Shown: positions 29,296 to 42,016 of the stretch, in pieces | Position numbering within the stretch: position 1 is the stretch's first letter | Layout of the letters: the number at the start of each line of letters is the position of its first letter | Position numbers and translations under genes: made by a program | Assembly: GCA_037379345.1 (NCBI GenBank) | Contig: CM074512.1 | Location: 38,564,001 to 38,628,000 of the forward strand | Source: Perna viridis | Lineage: Eukaryota | DNA length: 64,000 nucleotides | Direction of reading: 5' to 3' | Notes under the pieces: generated by a model | Databases searched by the model: none | What the model was told of the DNA's origin: nothing | What the model saw: only the letters and a program-made list of their open reading frames with translations

Positions 29296-30340
29296 GAAGA
29301 ATAAAGTTCTTTTCGTTTCTGTCAGCTTTTCATTTTCGTTAGGCATATATATCCGCGTGGTAAATACACAACTACTTTGCACACTGAACTGGAACTTGAA
29401 CTGGAGGGTACAACTAAAATATTGATACTCTGTGAATCGTTATTTTTTTGCCGCTTGTTATATCAATAAACAAGCCCGGTAGAATTAATTATGACCAAGA
29501 TATAGCGGGGGCGGCTTCTTTTATCTTTACATGGTTCGGCGACCCGTAAAACAGGTGTATGACTCCGATATGATAATAATTGAAATATAATTGAATTTCA
29601 TTTGTCTTACAGATTTAAAAAAAACAATATTGTATGGACAATATTTTCATAGGTCAGTAAAACTATTTAATTTTAGCAAAAATGATTTAGAACACGAGAA
29701 AGCTTCAACACAAAACATTTATGGGTTATCAAATGAAATAATCAAAGGCCAATGGAAAAAAAAACATGTTCGTATTAACCTCTTTACTTGCAGGGACTTT
29801 ATATTACACTCCCTAGTACTGGTACACTTGTCAGGAGTAACATTCCGTAATAAAGGGGTGAAGTCAACATTTTCATTGAAGATCGTGATCGGAACGGTTT
29901 AAATCTTAGAATTTGAATTTAATTTACTTTATGTAAAAAGTTATGGGTAGTCTAGTTTTCATACATGTAATAGTTTAATATTTCTGACATCGTTTATCTT
30001 TTTCTTCTCGAAGTGGTTTAAATTGATACTACTGTAAGTAAATATACGCTGGCAAATCACAACTTTCAATAGTTTAACATTCAGTTGTAGAATTCATGCA
30101 ACAAATGCAGAAGCCTCACGCATTTCAATCACTCAATCTATGAATTGGGAACAAATGACGTAACACCATTTGGATAATTAAAATTCGCATGGCTTGGGTC
30201 ATCGTCGATTTTGAATCAATTTATCTTTAATTAAATGACGTAAGTGACTACAAGGGGCGTTTTGATTATATATTTAAGGTATAATAAATCAAATAAACCA
30301 AAAATTTAAAAAAAAAATATTTTTGTCACGCCTCCTTTAA
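29296..30340. repeat. Right arm of a long inverted repeat
   Basis: Inverted partner of 24137-25330. The outer end ...GTCACGCCTCCT-TTAA mirrors TTAA-AAGAGACGTGAC... Confidence 0.92.
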
Positions 30341-30682
30341 AGAGTGACTTGTAGCAAGTCAAGTATTTCAAATTTGTCTTGAAAAAAATAAAGCTTCCTT
30401 AATAGAATTGTTAATTACTGTGTGCTTAGAAATTAAATGACCGGACATTTCATTTCTTCAACCAATTGGGTTTAAGGAACAAATGTAATGTCGTCACATT
30501 CTTAGATGTTTATATAACATTGATTGAATGTAGGACAGAGTATCGTTAATTCGATCTTCTGTCCTACATATCAACACCTAGATGAACAGTCCAGTACTAC
30601 CATACATCGTGTACTAAGTTACAGCCCTACATCTTTCGAGGAGGAATGACCCGTCCAGCGAAAGCTATTTTTTTCATATAGT

Positions 30683-30830
30683 CTAGCTGACCGAGTGGTC
30701 TAGGGCGCTGGATTTTGAGCAGGCGGTGTTACCCATAGATGTCACAGCGTTACGAGTTTGAGTCCCGTGGAGGGAATGACCAAAAGTAACTTCGCAAATT
30801 TGATAGTTCTAACAGCGTTGGGAATGTTTC
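30683..30830 (+). mobile_element. tRNA(Leu/Ser)-derived SINE head
   Basis: A-box-like ACCGAGTGGTCTAGGGCGCTGGAT and B-box-like GAGTTTGAGTCCC with an oversized spacer. A second B-box/tail copy (AGTTCGAGTCCCGCGGAGGGAACGAC) lies on the minus strand at ~47615-47640. No closing acceptor stem. Confidence 0.6.
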
Positions 30831-33800
30831 AGACCCTTCTAAGCTTACAATATCTTCACTGTATCAATTCAATCCGGTGGAGCAGTGTCACGAATAGCGT
30901 TGTCACATTCTGAGACGTTTATATATACATAAATATACAGTATAAATCATATTCAGTCAATCCATTTATTCATGTACAAGTAGAACTGTAGAAGACATAC
31001 GACCATATTGATTCTGATGAAAATCTTACCATATATCAAGGTTGTATGCTCTATCAATATTTGTTTCAACTCTTCAAGATTCGATCGTGGGGGTCGTACC
31101 TAGCTACACCAAACGGCGCATTTCATTATATATTATTTTTGTTTTGTTTGTTTGGATATGTTTTGCAAAAAATATTTTCATCAAATCAAAGGTAAAAAAA
31201 GATAAGTTTAAAAAGTACATTTTCTTTATATTTCAAGTTGTGACTCATATGACAATAATTTAGAATCATTACAATCAAATACCTTGGACAAATGAAAATA
31301 GTATGACAGTATCGAATTCAGAAGATGAGATTCTCAATATGACGGATGATTGATCACAACAAAACAAACATTACTACACTTGTGTTGTGTCTCAAACTCC
31401 GGGTAGAATAAATAAGTGTAACTCTTTTCCTTTTTAGTTTTGTTCAGTTGACCCTTTTGACTTTTTTCTATCTACCTTACTTCATACTCTTTCACTGTCT
31501 CACATGCTTTTTAGCACAAACAAATTTGTTAAATAAACATCTTTCTTCGATATATATATTAAGTACACCAGTGCAGTGTGTCTATGCCTAACAAATTGGT
31601 GTTACAGCTCGCTTGAGGTTTTAAAGAAGACGTAGGCCGATTTTAAGTTTAACACATCAGTTCAATATAGACTTCTTATGTGTCTTATTTTTTACTTTTA
31701 CATTATTAAAAGAAAATAAGATGAGAATGATAATTTAAGATTTGTTGCAACTCACTTACGATTGTTCTATCAATTAAGACAATTATTTATGCTGATTTAA
31801 CTGAGCAAAGATCTTAACTGGACAACACGCCGTGCGGATGTACTGCAAGAAGCAGTAATTTTGTTGTCTTCTTGCTGTCTGTCCTTGTCAAGCAATATGT
31901 TTTCGAACGGGTTTTGTCCCGAATTTACCCTTTTTGATGACCCCTCATTTTCAGTAGTACATCGGTTTTTTCGATTTTCCTTTTTTTTTCAGATAAAGCT
32001 GCTTGTTAAAATGATGAACTGATTGTTAACTCTAATTCATTTATTATGTAAGCTACCAGGTATGTTTCATTTATAAAACAAATTCACCCTGGTAGAATAC
32101 TGAATTAGTTCAGGTATATAAACTTGATCTCGCAGTTATACTTTCGTCAAAAGCTTTTTTTAACTGTCTATATATTTACGTACCTCAATACATTCAGTTA
32201 TCCTATTTTCTACAATAAATCTTTCTTTTTAAATGTTTATAAAATATTTAACTTACATGATAGTAGTTCAATTAACTAGGTAAAAGCTTGTTCAATAGAT
32301 TGCATAATGGCTCAATTAACATTTCAAAATACGCACTTCTTTCCTTAATTGCAGTATTGTAAATAATTGCTTGAACAATACCCGAAGGTTCTCTTCGGTT
32401 TATACCTAGAGTTTTGATCTCCATTTGAGATAAATGTACCTGTCAATAATTCTTTCGTGTCCCGTTTTCAGCTTTGTATGTGAGTGAATCAATCTTCTTG
32501 ATAAAGATGTGCGAAAAATTTAATGATGCAATATTATTACAGCTGGTCTTTATTTTATTCATTTTGTTTTGCACATGTCAAATTTTGGGCAGTTTGTATG
32601 TTCACATTATAGTTTAAATGGAATATGTCAATAACTGACACTGAATAGCAATTCGAGGAAACATCTTAATCGAAATCGTAAATATAGATGTTGTTTTAGC
32701 TTGAAAAATGTTTTTTGCTAAAACAGGGTGTTTTTTTTTCGACTATCATTTATGCTTTATGAAGTTGGGAACCTTAGCATGCTCAAACAAGTTCAAATTC
32801 TTTCAATTGAAAGTCAAATAATCAACTTGTCCTTTCCTAATCGTTAATGCTATAGTACTGGGAACCATCTTGAACAGGTTCGTGATCTTTATTTCTTCTT
32901 ACATAAATTTGTTTATTACTATTCCAAGTTGACATGTGTATTTATACATTGTGTAAGTATGTGTTTCACTGAAGTAAAGATTTCATTTAGATTCTGCTCA
33001 TTGATTAGATTTTACGATCTATGACAATCCTCCTGTTAAACCGAGGTTTATAGTTTTATGTCGTATTTGTTGGTTTCGTGTGTGAACGAATCCTCTACAG
33101 CCTGCAATGCCCTTGAGTCCATGTTTTCCTGGTCGATGGCTTCTATAATTTACTAATAACATAATCAAGACTTCCTTCTTCTCAATACGAATATGCCAAT
33201 CATGTTCACATATTTCTATCTAACCCAATACAACATCATAGCCATGACTTCATTTACTTAGACATAAAGGTCATTGAATTTAGTTAAATAACGAGGCTGA
33301 TAGTTTTAATCGCTGATGATGCAGTTACTTAAGGTCAAAAGGGTTAAAGGGTTAAGAAACAAAATACGCTTCAATAGTCCTTAGCAATCACAGGGTATTT
33401 TTTTTCTAGTCCTAACAGCTAGAAGTAATTATATTTAAAATAAAAACTGAAAACTATAAAAAGCTTCACATCATGTCATTCAACTGGACACAACAACGCG
33501 CATTACTATTTACTACTCATATTCTTTGAATATGTTTTTCTTCTGGTGTTAACAATAATGATGCATTTGTTTCTCGAACCTGACACTAAAATTAAAATTA
33601 AAATTAAAATTAGAATCAAAATTACACAACAAAAGACTAGTTACGTGTTCTATGTAGTTTAATCTCAGCAATACTTTATTGAATATAACAGAAACTGTAA
33701 TCTGAAATTAGAATTTATTCGGTTACAAACGAAATATTTTCTTCAATACTTAATACTGTTTTTTGAGAAAAGATTACATAAAAGATTTACCCTTGTACTT

Positions 33801-34955
33801 TTTCTACTTTTTGAAAATATTGAGTATGATTTGGCTAACACATGCTGTATCTTGTTGTAAAAAAATAATGACGGAATTCCTCAGAGCGTCTCCGAATTCT
33901 GAATTGTTTGATTTATTATGTAGAGTCACCAAGGTATGTAGGAACAAATTGGTGGTATAAAATCATCATTAATTCAATTCAGCGAAATTGCAGTCATCTA
34001 TTTGGCAAGTATGCTCAATTTCAATGTATTATTCCAATCTTTATAATTGATGATTTAAAAGCAAAATCGAAGCAAATAAATTTGAACCAATAACTGAAAA
34101 TTGGCAGTAGACGAATTGTAAAATTAAAAATCTTCCTTTGGAAAGGATCGAAATAGAAAAGAAATGGTAGGATGGAAGTCCCCATTAAATGTGATGGTAT
34201 TCGTATGTTAATTCAAATACTCTATTTGTAAATTTGTAGAGATGAGTTGCATTTTTATTAACAAATTAAACTTTATTTTGCTATAGATACAGTCGAAGGT
34301 ATATGATATGGTTCCAACAAAACAAAACAAAATCAGGAGAAAACTATGAAATAACCAAAGACCACAAATGTATGGTTAGTTTGGAGATATTTAGTCTTTG
34401 TTGTGGTTGTGATATTTAAGTGCTATTCTCTGTAAGAATCGGACAGTTGCTGAATCATGTGGAAGAAAACACACATTTCTTTTTATGTAATCTTATTCAA
34501 AATGTTATCTGAAATGCAGAAATGGCATTTATTTCTTTTTTTGTGTCAGTAATTTGAAATATAGATTATGTGAAATGTATTGCTTCATCACTCTATTGTT
34601 ACTTTGAACTCGCTTTTTGTATCCTTTTTATATGAAAGAACTGTTAGTTCGTCTTTATTAGACTATGAACTATGTGCCCACATTGTCAAGTTTGTGTATA
34701 TTTTCTGAGCATAATTCATTAATTCTTTCATTTCTGCCTGAATTTTTACAAATTTCAGCACTCGAACTGTCAAAGTATATGTAGTCATTCGGTGTAAGGA
34801 ATGCATATGATTTAGTTGAATCGGCAAAGCATTATATTGCATTCCATAAAAAAAGCTTGTAGTACGTGCCTTGTGCGTCGTCGTCTTAACGTTCAACGAA
34901 AATCTTTCGTAGAGCAGTAAGTAAGCTGATAATGATCAATTTCAAAATCTGTCAT

Positions 34956-35007
34956 AGAGTAATCAAGGGAACCATGGTTATAGCGGTAATCAAAAGAATT
35001 TAATCCA
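34956..35007 (-). mobile_element. Very short 3'-end fragment of the same element
   Basis: AGAGTAATCAAGGGAACCATGGTTATAGCGGTAATCAAAAGAAT is the reverse complement of ~42455-42500. Confidence 0.7.
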
Positions 35008-35455
35008 ATCATATATTTTTAAAAGAATATCCTTCGTATAGACATCTAGTAACTGCCAAAAAGTTGGTCTGACACTTACGATAAGGATTTCCAATTTCAC
35101 TTTTTTACATATATAAAAATGCATATCAGCTATAATTTGATATATGTCAAAAGTCTTTTTTTATTTATTGTCATGTACCTTGTACAACCTATTTACAAAA
35201 CGTAATATTTATGCAAAAAAGATAATTATTAGTGTCAAAAGCAATGTTTCTATGTCAACATTTCTGAATTACAGTGAAAAGAGGAATACACCTGAGCGAA
35301 AACCGAACAAAACAAATGTTCAACAAATTTCTTATTTTGACACATTATGACGCAATTGGTATGTGTCATAGATTTGGGTGTTACTTATCATTGGAATCAA
35401 GATGTTCGAGATTCCATAAAGAAAGGATTTGATCTTGAACTAAAGCAAGTTTTTA

Positions 35456-35629
35456 TCACCGGTGAGAATAAACACAGTATCCATCAATGTCCATGTCTGG
35501 GTTTTCCATTCCACGTTTCATGTGATAACAAATATATTGATAAAGTTTCTTCCAGGCGTCTTGAGCTTCTTTTGTGTATTTCTCGTCCAAAGTTTGCTTC
35601 AAACCATAGTTCAGTGAAGGCCACAATCT
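35456..35629 (-). CDS. Globin B, coding exon 3
   Basis: Acceptor TTTTTTACAG|AGA. Encodes RLWPSLNYGLKQTLDEKYTKEAQDAWKKLYQYICYHMKRGMENPDMDIDGYCVYSHR*, 39/57 identical to globin A exon 3. Spliced protein is 193 aa. Confidence 0.94.
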   Translation of the reverse strand, partial: RLWPSLNYGLKQTLDEKYTKEAQDAWKKLYQYICYHMKRGMENPDMDIDGYCVYSHR

Positions 35630-35867
35630 CTGTAAAAAAATCCAAAAACAAATTAAAAAGGACGAAGATACACGTCTTCAATGTAAATCATCCATCTTAT
35701 AATTATTCAAGTGAATTATGGCAACTATGGTAAAGTTACTGTATTAGTTGTTAAAATCGCATATACATATTAGTCCACCTAGTCCATGTTATTATTTGTG
35801 CTTTGATTCTCTTGTATCAATGTATTTTTTTCATTTGCGATATTAATATTGAACGACATAGTTTGGT

Positions 35868-36029
35868 NNNNNNNNNNNNNNNNNNNNNNNNNNNNNNNNN
35901 NNNNNNNNNNNNNNNNNNNNNNNNNNNNNNNNNNNNNNNNNNNNNNNNNNNNNNNNNNNNNNNNNNNNNNNNNNNNNNNNNNNNNNNNNNNNNNNNNNNN
36001 NNNNNNNNNNNNNNNNNNNNNNNNNNNNN
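35868..36029. other. Assembly gap inside globin B intron 2
   Basis: Run of N. Confidence 0.99.
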
Positions 36030-36438
36030 ACCATTTCACACGGCGTTCAGTTTCTTTAAGTAATGTTACTGCAGATTTGTCATTTATAAAGATCATACCT
36101 TTATGACAATCTTATAATGGAACATTTACATAATGCATTGAATGCAATTTCGAATTATTGCAGTTGTGTTCAAAGAATTTTTTTCAGTATTAGCAAATTT
36201 AATATTAATAACGTAGCAATGTGAAACTGAAACATGAATACACGTGTCTAACATAAACAAAGCTGTCAGGTCATAAAATAAATTATTAAGGTGTTTGATG
36301 TCTTTCCGGCCTTTGAATTAAGCAAGAAAATAGGTATCCTGTATTTGCTTTTACCTGAAAACAAATTAGATACACATATTTTATTTTATTTGTCTATTGG
36401 TTCTGTTGTTTCAATTAAATACTTTCTCAGCTGCTTAC

Positions 36439-36676
36439 CTTTAACATTTGAGGCTTAATTTGTCTTTTTACATGAGTTTGTCCTATTGATATTAAGACAT
36501 TGTTAAGAAAGTCAGATTCGTCTAAACTCTCTACGGCTGCCCCTAGTCCTTCCATCACTGACACAGCATGTTTCTGTAGCATGTCTTTGTCTATCTCCCA
36601 TTCCAACTGACTTTCGTTGTTCATACGTACTATCTTTGGAAACAATGACTTTACGTCAGGTTCTGTTTCAAAAAAC
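36439..36676 (-). CDS. Globin B, coding exon 2
   Basis: Acceptor TTTCAG|G, donor AAG|GTAAGC, 238 nt (same length as in globin A). 73 of 79 full codons give identical residues; His E7 and His F8 present. Confidence 0.96.
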
Positions 36677-39600
36677 CTGAAATTAGATATATGGTCAATA
36701 GGCAAATAGGTCGTCCTGGAATAAATAGGTGTCGCTACTAAATTTTAATGACATTGCAAACTGAACAAAGCAAACAAAAAGAAACAGAAAAAAAATGAAG
36801 AAGAAAGCATTTTCTCGATATTGCTTTGCTTATGATTGAAAAGAAAATCTGCATGGTGGAATTATTTTTAAATTATCTATAAAAAGTAAAAGCAAGGGTA
36901 CCATGATAGACAAAGAATTTAAACAAAACACCATCAACATCACAAATTAGCTACAAGAGTACGTAAAGTAACTGAAAGGTGAATGATCAACCTGGATTCC
37001 ACTAACTAGGTGAATGAACCTTGATCGCCATTAGGATAAGCATCCACTACTAAACGTTGAACAAAGCATGTTCTTATGGTGGAGATGGCCACACAAATGT
37101 GTGATTTTTATCAAAGGTTATAAGCAAATCGTTAAAAATAATGATAACTTAAGAAATCAAAGACCATTGTTGGAGATCAACCAACAGGTTTTACTGCTGT
37201 TTTGCTATTTGTGAGCCATTGTATATGTTAAGTGTAAGTCCTTGTAAGAATCAGGCAGTGAGTAAAATATGGTATGATAAAACATCATTTCGGTAGTGTA
37301 ATTTGACTATTTGCATTTTTCATTCATTCTGAATCAAGGAAAAATGACAAGATTTTCCATATCATGCTGGACTTTTGAGTTACACTTTCATTGAAATGAG
37401 CATTTTAAGGGCAGATAACTCTGTCAAAACCCTTATTTTTCTAAGATGCTATTAAAAACTTTCTACAGAGATCAAATAATGTACCTTTCAAATAGAGGAA
37501 ATATACTTGAGTGATATTTCATTGTCAGATCGGTGGGGTTTTTGACTTTTTCCCAATTTGCCTGATTCCTAAAAACACTTACACATAACACATTCTTCGG
37601 AATATTTGATTTCAATTAATTGCAATATAATCCCTTACATTAAAATTAGTCAGTTTATGTTTTATTTTGTAATAGATATTTATGATATAAAAAAGATGTT
37701 TGGTATTGATGACAAAAAGTTTATTGAAGAAAAAAATCTCGCATGAAATCATTTTTTGGTTTGTTGTATTCCTGTCAATTTACAGAAAACATTTTAATAT
37801 GAATCTGTCCAACAAACCGTTAAGGGTGTGTAAGACTATACTCTTCAATGTGTTTTGAACCTTTTATTTCAGAGCATTATTATATGCAACTCTCAATGGA
37901 GAGGTCATATCGCAATAGATCTATTCATTACAAAATACAACCACACAAATTACAAATGATTTGCAATTATATATCGTCTAAGGTTCACAATCGTTTCTAA
38001 TCTACTTTACTAATTTGTTATTCCATATGTCAAAAGCAAAGTCAAGTCAAGTTACAATTCTTTATGAGGAAGACCAACGGTAAGGGACATAACTCTTGAA
38101 ATCAGTCAAATGTTTGTATCATATGCAATTTCACCAAACAGAATGAAATCAGTCTAAGTAATTTTGATGAAGTGAAATGCGGAATACAAACATTTCTATG
38201 ATTTGTAAGAGTTGTATCCCCAACCCTAGGTGTACCTCCTTAAGTGAGAAATATGCGTAATTAATTCAAACAAGTATAAAATGACATAATTAAAATATCT
38301 GCAATTCTAAAGAAAACATCCTTGAATACTGTAGAAGAACTTTTTTCCATTGTTTAACATTTTTTGTGGTTTTCTTGGTTACTCAAATTATAAATTTAAG
38401 TTCAATTAAATGTACAACTATCGTTGACAAATTAGAAGTTTTAATCCTCTCACAAATTAAGAAACTTAGAACAAACGAAAATTCAGCAAACAACGAAAAA
38501 TGAAACCAACAAAAATAAATACCATCATTGTTTACAATATTATCACATATATTTTTACTGGATATTGTGGTTTTTTTTTAATTTAATAGAAAATTAGCTT
38601 AAATTATATTTTAACATCAAATCTTTATAGAGCAAGAAAGGGTTTAATAATGAAATTGTGCATAGCCGATATACAAAAAAGTTTTGCACATTGAATGGGG
38701 GATTTGTAGTTTGGTACCGTTTAACGACAGTTGAGTACGAAAAAGGATAGTCTTAGTAGTCATAAATACATATTTGATTTTTATGAAATCCTTCAAATAA
38801 TCAATTTCCTGGTATATTCAATTCCAACGCTAAGATGATTTCTACATGCTTTCCTTTTCATGGTAAATGACCTATGCCTTATTCGTTTTGTGCTTCAGGA
38901 TACCTTCTAATTATCTTTTCAACTGTTAAAATAAATTAAATGAAAAGAGACAGCTCTTCAAGCAATCCTACCATTAAACTTTTCAGCAGAATGAAACCTC
39001 AAAACATTTGTTCTTTTTCCGTTGAAAGTTCTGTGAGGGTTTAATACCGATTTTGTTATCTTTTAGGTAACATTTAACTAATTAGCTAAGTTTTATTCAA
39101 GCAAAGAATTTCAGATGAGCATTATTCGTCTGTATTGACAAATTTTGTATTGTCATGCTATCTAAACACAATCAAAGTATTTGAAACGTTTTGAAATTTG
39201 GTTTGATACGGTTTACAACTTAGATGTAGTTTTCCATAAACAAATAAAAGCATCTTCCTTCGCCTATTTGGCTTGCTTTTATAATATAAAACATTAAGAT
39301 AGCGAAGGTTTTCCTATTAAGATCCCGAATAGGCTTTAATTTGTAGAAGTATAAACATCATAAAGAACTCCCACTGTTTCTATTATTTATTGTATCTACT
39401 CGATGATCATCCATGAAAGCCTGTTTCCGTATATTGCTAATGAAAAAAAACAAAGCAGGCTTAAAGCCATCCGGTCATAATTGGTCTTACGGAAGTCTAG
39501 TTATCAGCTAAATGTCACCAAGAAAGGGAAAATGTGTTTATTAGTTATTTGATATTTTTATTCAGGACATGAATAAATCAATCACGTCAACAACAACAAA

Positions 39601-40870
39601 ATTAAGAAAGTGAACGTAAAAAATATCTTTTAGTTGCAGGTGTCCATATTATTTCATTATAACAAAACTGAACTCAATAGTCAATCAGCATCCCACGATT
39701 TCAACCAGCTAAAAGCATTTTTGTCTGATTGGTTACACTATAGGTAATTCAAATTTTCTTGTATAGAAGTTTTAATACAATGCAGTAATGCTAAAACCAC
39801 TTTTAAAACTCTTTTATAGACACTTTTATTCTCAATAGTAATTTTTTCTTTGTTTGTTTGTTTATTTATTTGTAACGTTTTGCGTTTATTGATACGACCA
39901 TGAAACTTTGTTGTTCTAAAGAAATGGAAAAAGGAATATTGTTTCTTGACATTGTCTCCATTCAAGCGGAGTTCGGGTTGCTTATTTACATTATAGTGGT
40001 TTCCTTTGGTTTTCAAATGGTGCTTGTTGTCACGCTTTTATTCAACAGAGTTTTCCAGTAAGTAATTGAAACAAAAAGGGGTGATTCCGCTTTACTATCA
40101 AAATATAGTAAACGAGAAAAATTTAGGAAATCTACTTCATTCATACTTTTCAAGTCATCAAAAGAACCCAAAAAGTATTTGTTGTGATAAGACAAACAGA
40201 AAACACCAAATATGCCATTCTTTTTACTTAAACATAAATACCCTTAGGGTTATGACATTGAATGATGTGTCAATTTTAGCGATTTTTGCATGCGGTCGGT
40301 GTAAATAATTTGCATTTAACTTAAAACCACTTTGTGTTACTGCGACTTTTGTATCATTGGAAAGCTTTACTACAAGATAATTCCAATATAAATTTTAGTT
40401 TTTTTTATATTTGAAAACCCGGGATGACTTAGACGCTCGAACAATTGAATCACAAATAATCTTTGCTTTTGACCCAGTGGGGAAACAACTAAAGACTTAA
40501 ACTGAAAAAAATGTCCAAGAATATGCTTTGGTGAGAAATTGATTCGTAAATTAAAGATATAAAGATACCTGAAAATCATCATGGGGCTGATGAGTGGATG
40601 GAAGCGCGTTGTACATCCTCAGAGCTCATAAACTATAGGGTTAAGTTTGCTTATTTTGCCGTCAAGGAAGTAATTAATATGAATTCTGTTTTATTAATAA
40701 GTTTGGTTTTTTTTTTCGTTTTTGCGCATTGTTTATATACTTATAATATATACATATATTGTTTGATTCATTTTGTTGAATATTCGAATCTTTGAATTTC
40801 GATTATGAAAGAATATATTTGTATACCTTATAAATTCTTCAAGAAAAAAGACAAAAGTCAAAAATATAAA

Positions 40871-40980
40871 AGAATTATCAGGTGAACCAAGTTTATAGCG
40901 GAAATCAAAAGAATGCTATCCAGGGATAAAAACTAGACAGGGAAATCAGACACACACAACAATGAACATAAAATAAATAC
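40871..40980 (-). mobile_element. 3'-end fragment of the same element at the start of globin B intron 1
   Basis: GAACCAAGTTTATAGCGGAAATCAAAAGAATG...ATCCAGGGA...ACACACAACAATGAACATAAAATAA matches the complement of the element's 3' end. Confidence 0.7.
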
Positions 40981-40991
40981 ACGTAACTTAC

Positions 40992-41161
40992 CTCATAAAG
41001 ACTATAACTCCAAGTTTTGCAAGATCTCCTTTGATAAGATCCCATGTATCCTGGATAAGGTGAATCTGATGATGAGACAGGTAAGTACATAGTTGTCCTC
41101 CTCCACTTCCCCCTTTTGTAGTTGTCGTTGCTGTCGGACACGTTGTTATGCTGTTTCCCAT
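40992..41161 (-). CDS. Globin B (N-acylated paralog), coding exon 1
   Basis: Minus-strand ATG at 41161 gives MGNSITTCPTATTTTKGGSGGGQLCTYLSHHQIHLIQDTWDLIKGDLAKLGVIVFM-R. Ends AG|GTAAGT in phase 2. Homologous to 9779-9939. Confidence 0.93.
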
Positions 41162-42016
41162 AATGACATAAATTGAAACATCTCTTCAGTATGTTCTCAG
41201 ATTGTACTTCATTTTATCTAAAGGTATTTCACAGCTGCCTCGGCTCATACAGTTTGTTATTATGTTGTATCATTATTATACAAATTTGCTACGTAGATGT
41301 TTTATTTATACCGTTGAATCGACATTGCGTTACGATTTTCACGAAATTCAAAGTCTCTTTGAGATCAACAATTTCTCAATTAATCAAACCAATTTGGCAC
41401 TTCAGTGTTTCTATAATATTGAAGTTGTAACACTAGTACCTTACTGAAAATTACTCTTGAATGCTCCGAATATAGGAATTTAGAATTTGACTTTGGTGCA
41501 CTCATTCCATTATGTCTACTTCGGTAGCAAAATACTAGAACTCAAACATTCAAATATTTTGTCCTGTTAAAATGACATCAAAACACTGTTCATCATAATA
41601 CTAGCATGATTTAGAAGCTGTATTTATATTAGATAAATGCTTTTGAACAACCAATAGACAGACAGGCGAATGGTATTGGATTGTATAAAACCGATGTCTA
41701 AATTAACTTTATATCAATGATCATTTATTTATATTGTGTTATTGAGATCACATCCTGTCACTCGTTGCTGTAATCTTACTATTTCCTACTGTTAAACTGG
41801 CTGTATCATTAATTGATACTTTTACTGGCACTGGTAAGGTCAATTTATTATATCAGTTGCCCAAAATGTAACAGATAAAACAAATAACAAAATACACGAA
41901 GTTTATCGTCGTTTCTTGAGATGTATGTAATTAATGAGGCGTTTCAATTTGTAAGCCCTTTTCCCTATGAATGTTAACTTTATTGATTAAAGACAAAAAA
42001 TGATATATGTTGTTGT

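Noticed and set aside
29591-29902. 103-aa ORF with a partial homolog at 24707-24949 (-)
   Set aside because: Similarity comes from the inverted repeat; the frames shift relative to each other and no domain is recognisable.
30683-30770. Possible tRNA-Leu gene
   Set aside because: Degenerate B box, oversized middle region, no acceptor stem; a second partial copy indicates a SINE.
35779-36106. ORFs spanning N runs (also 50358-51210)
   Set aside because: Artefacts of assembly gaps.
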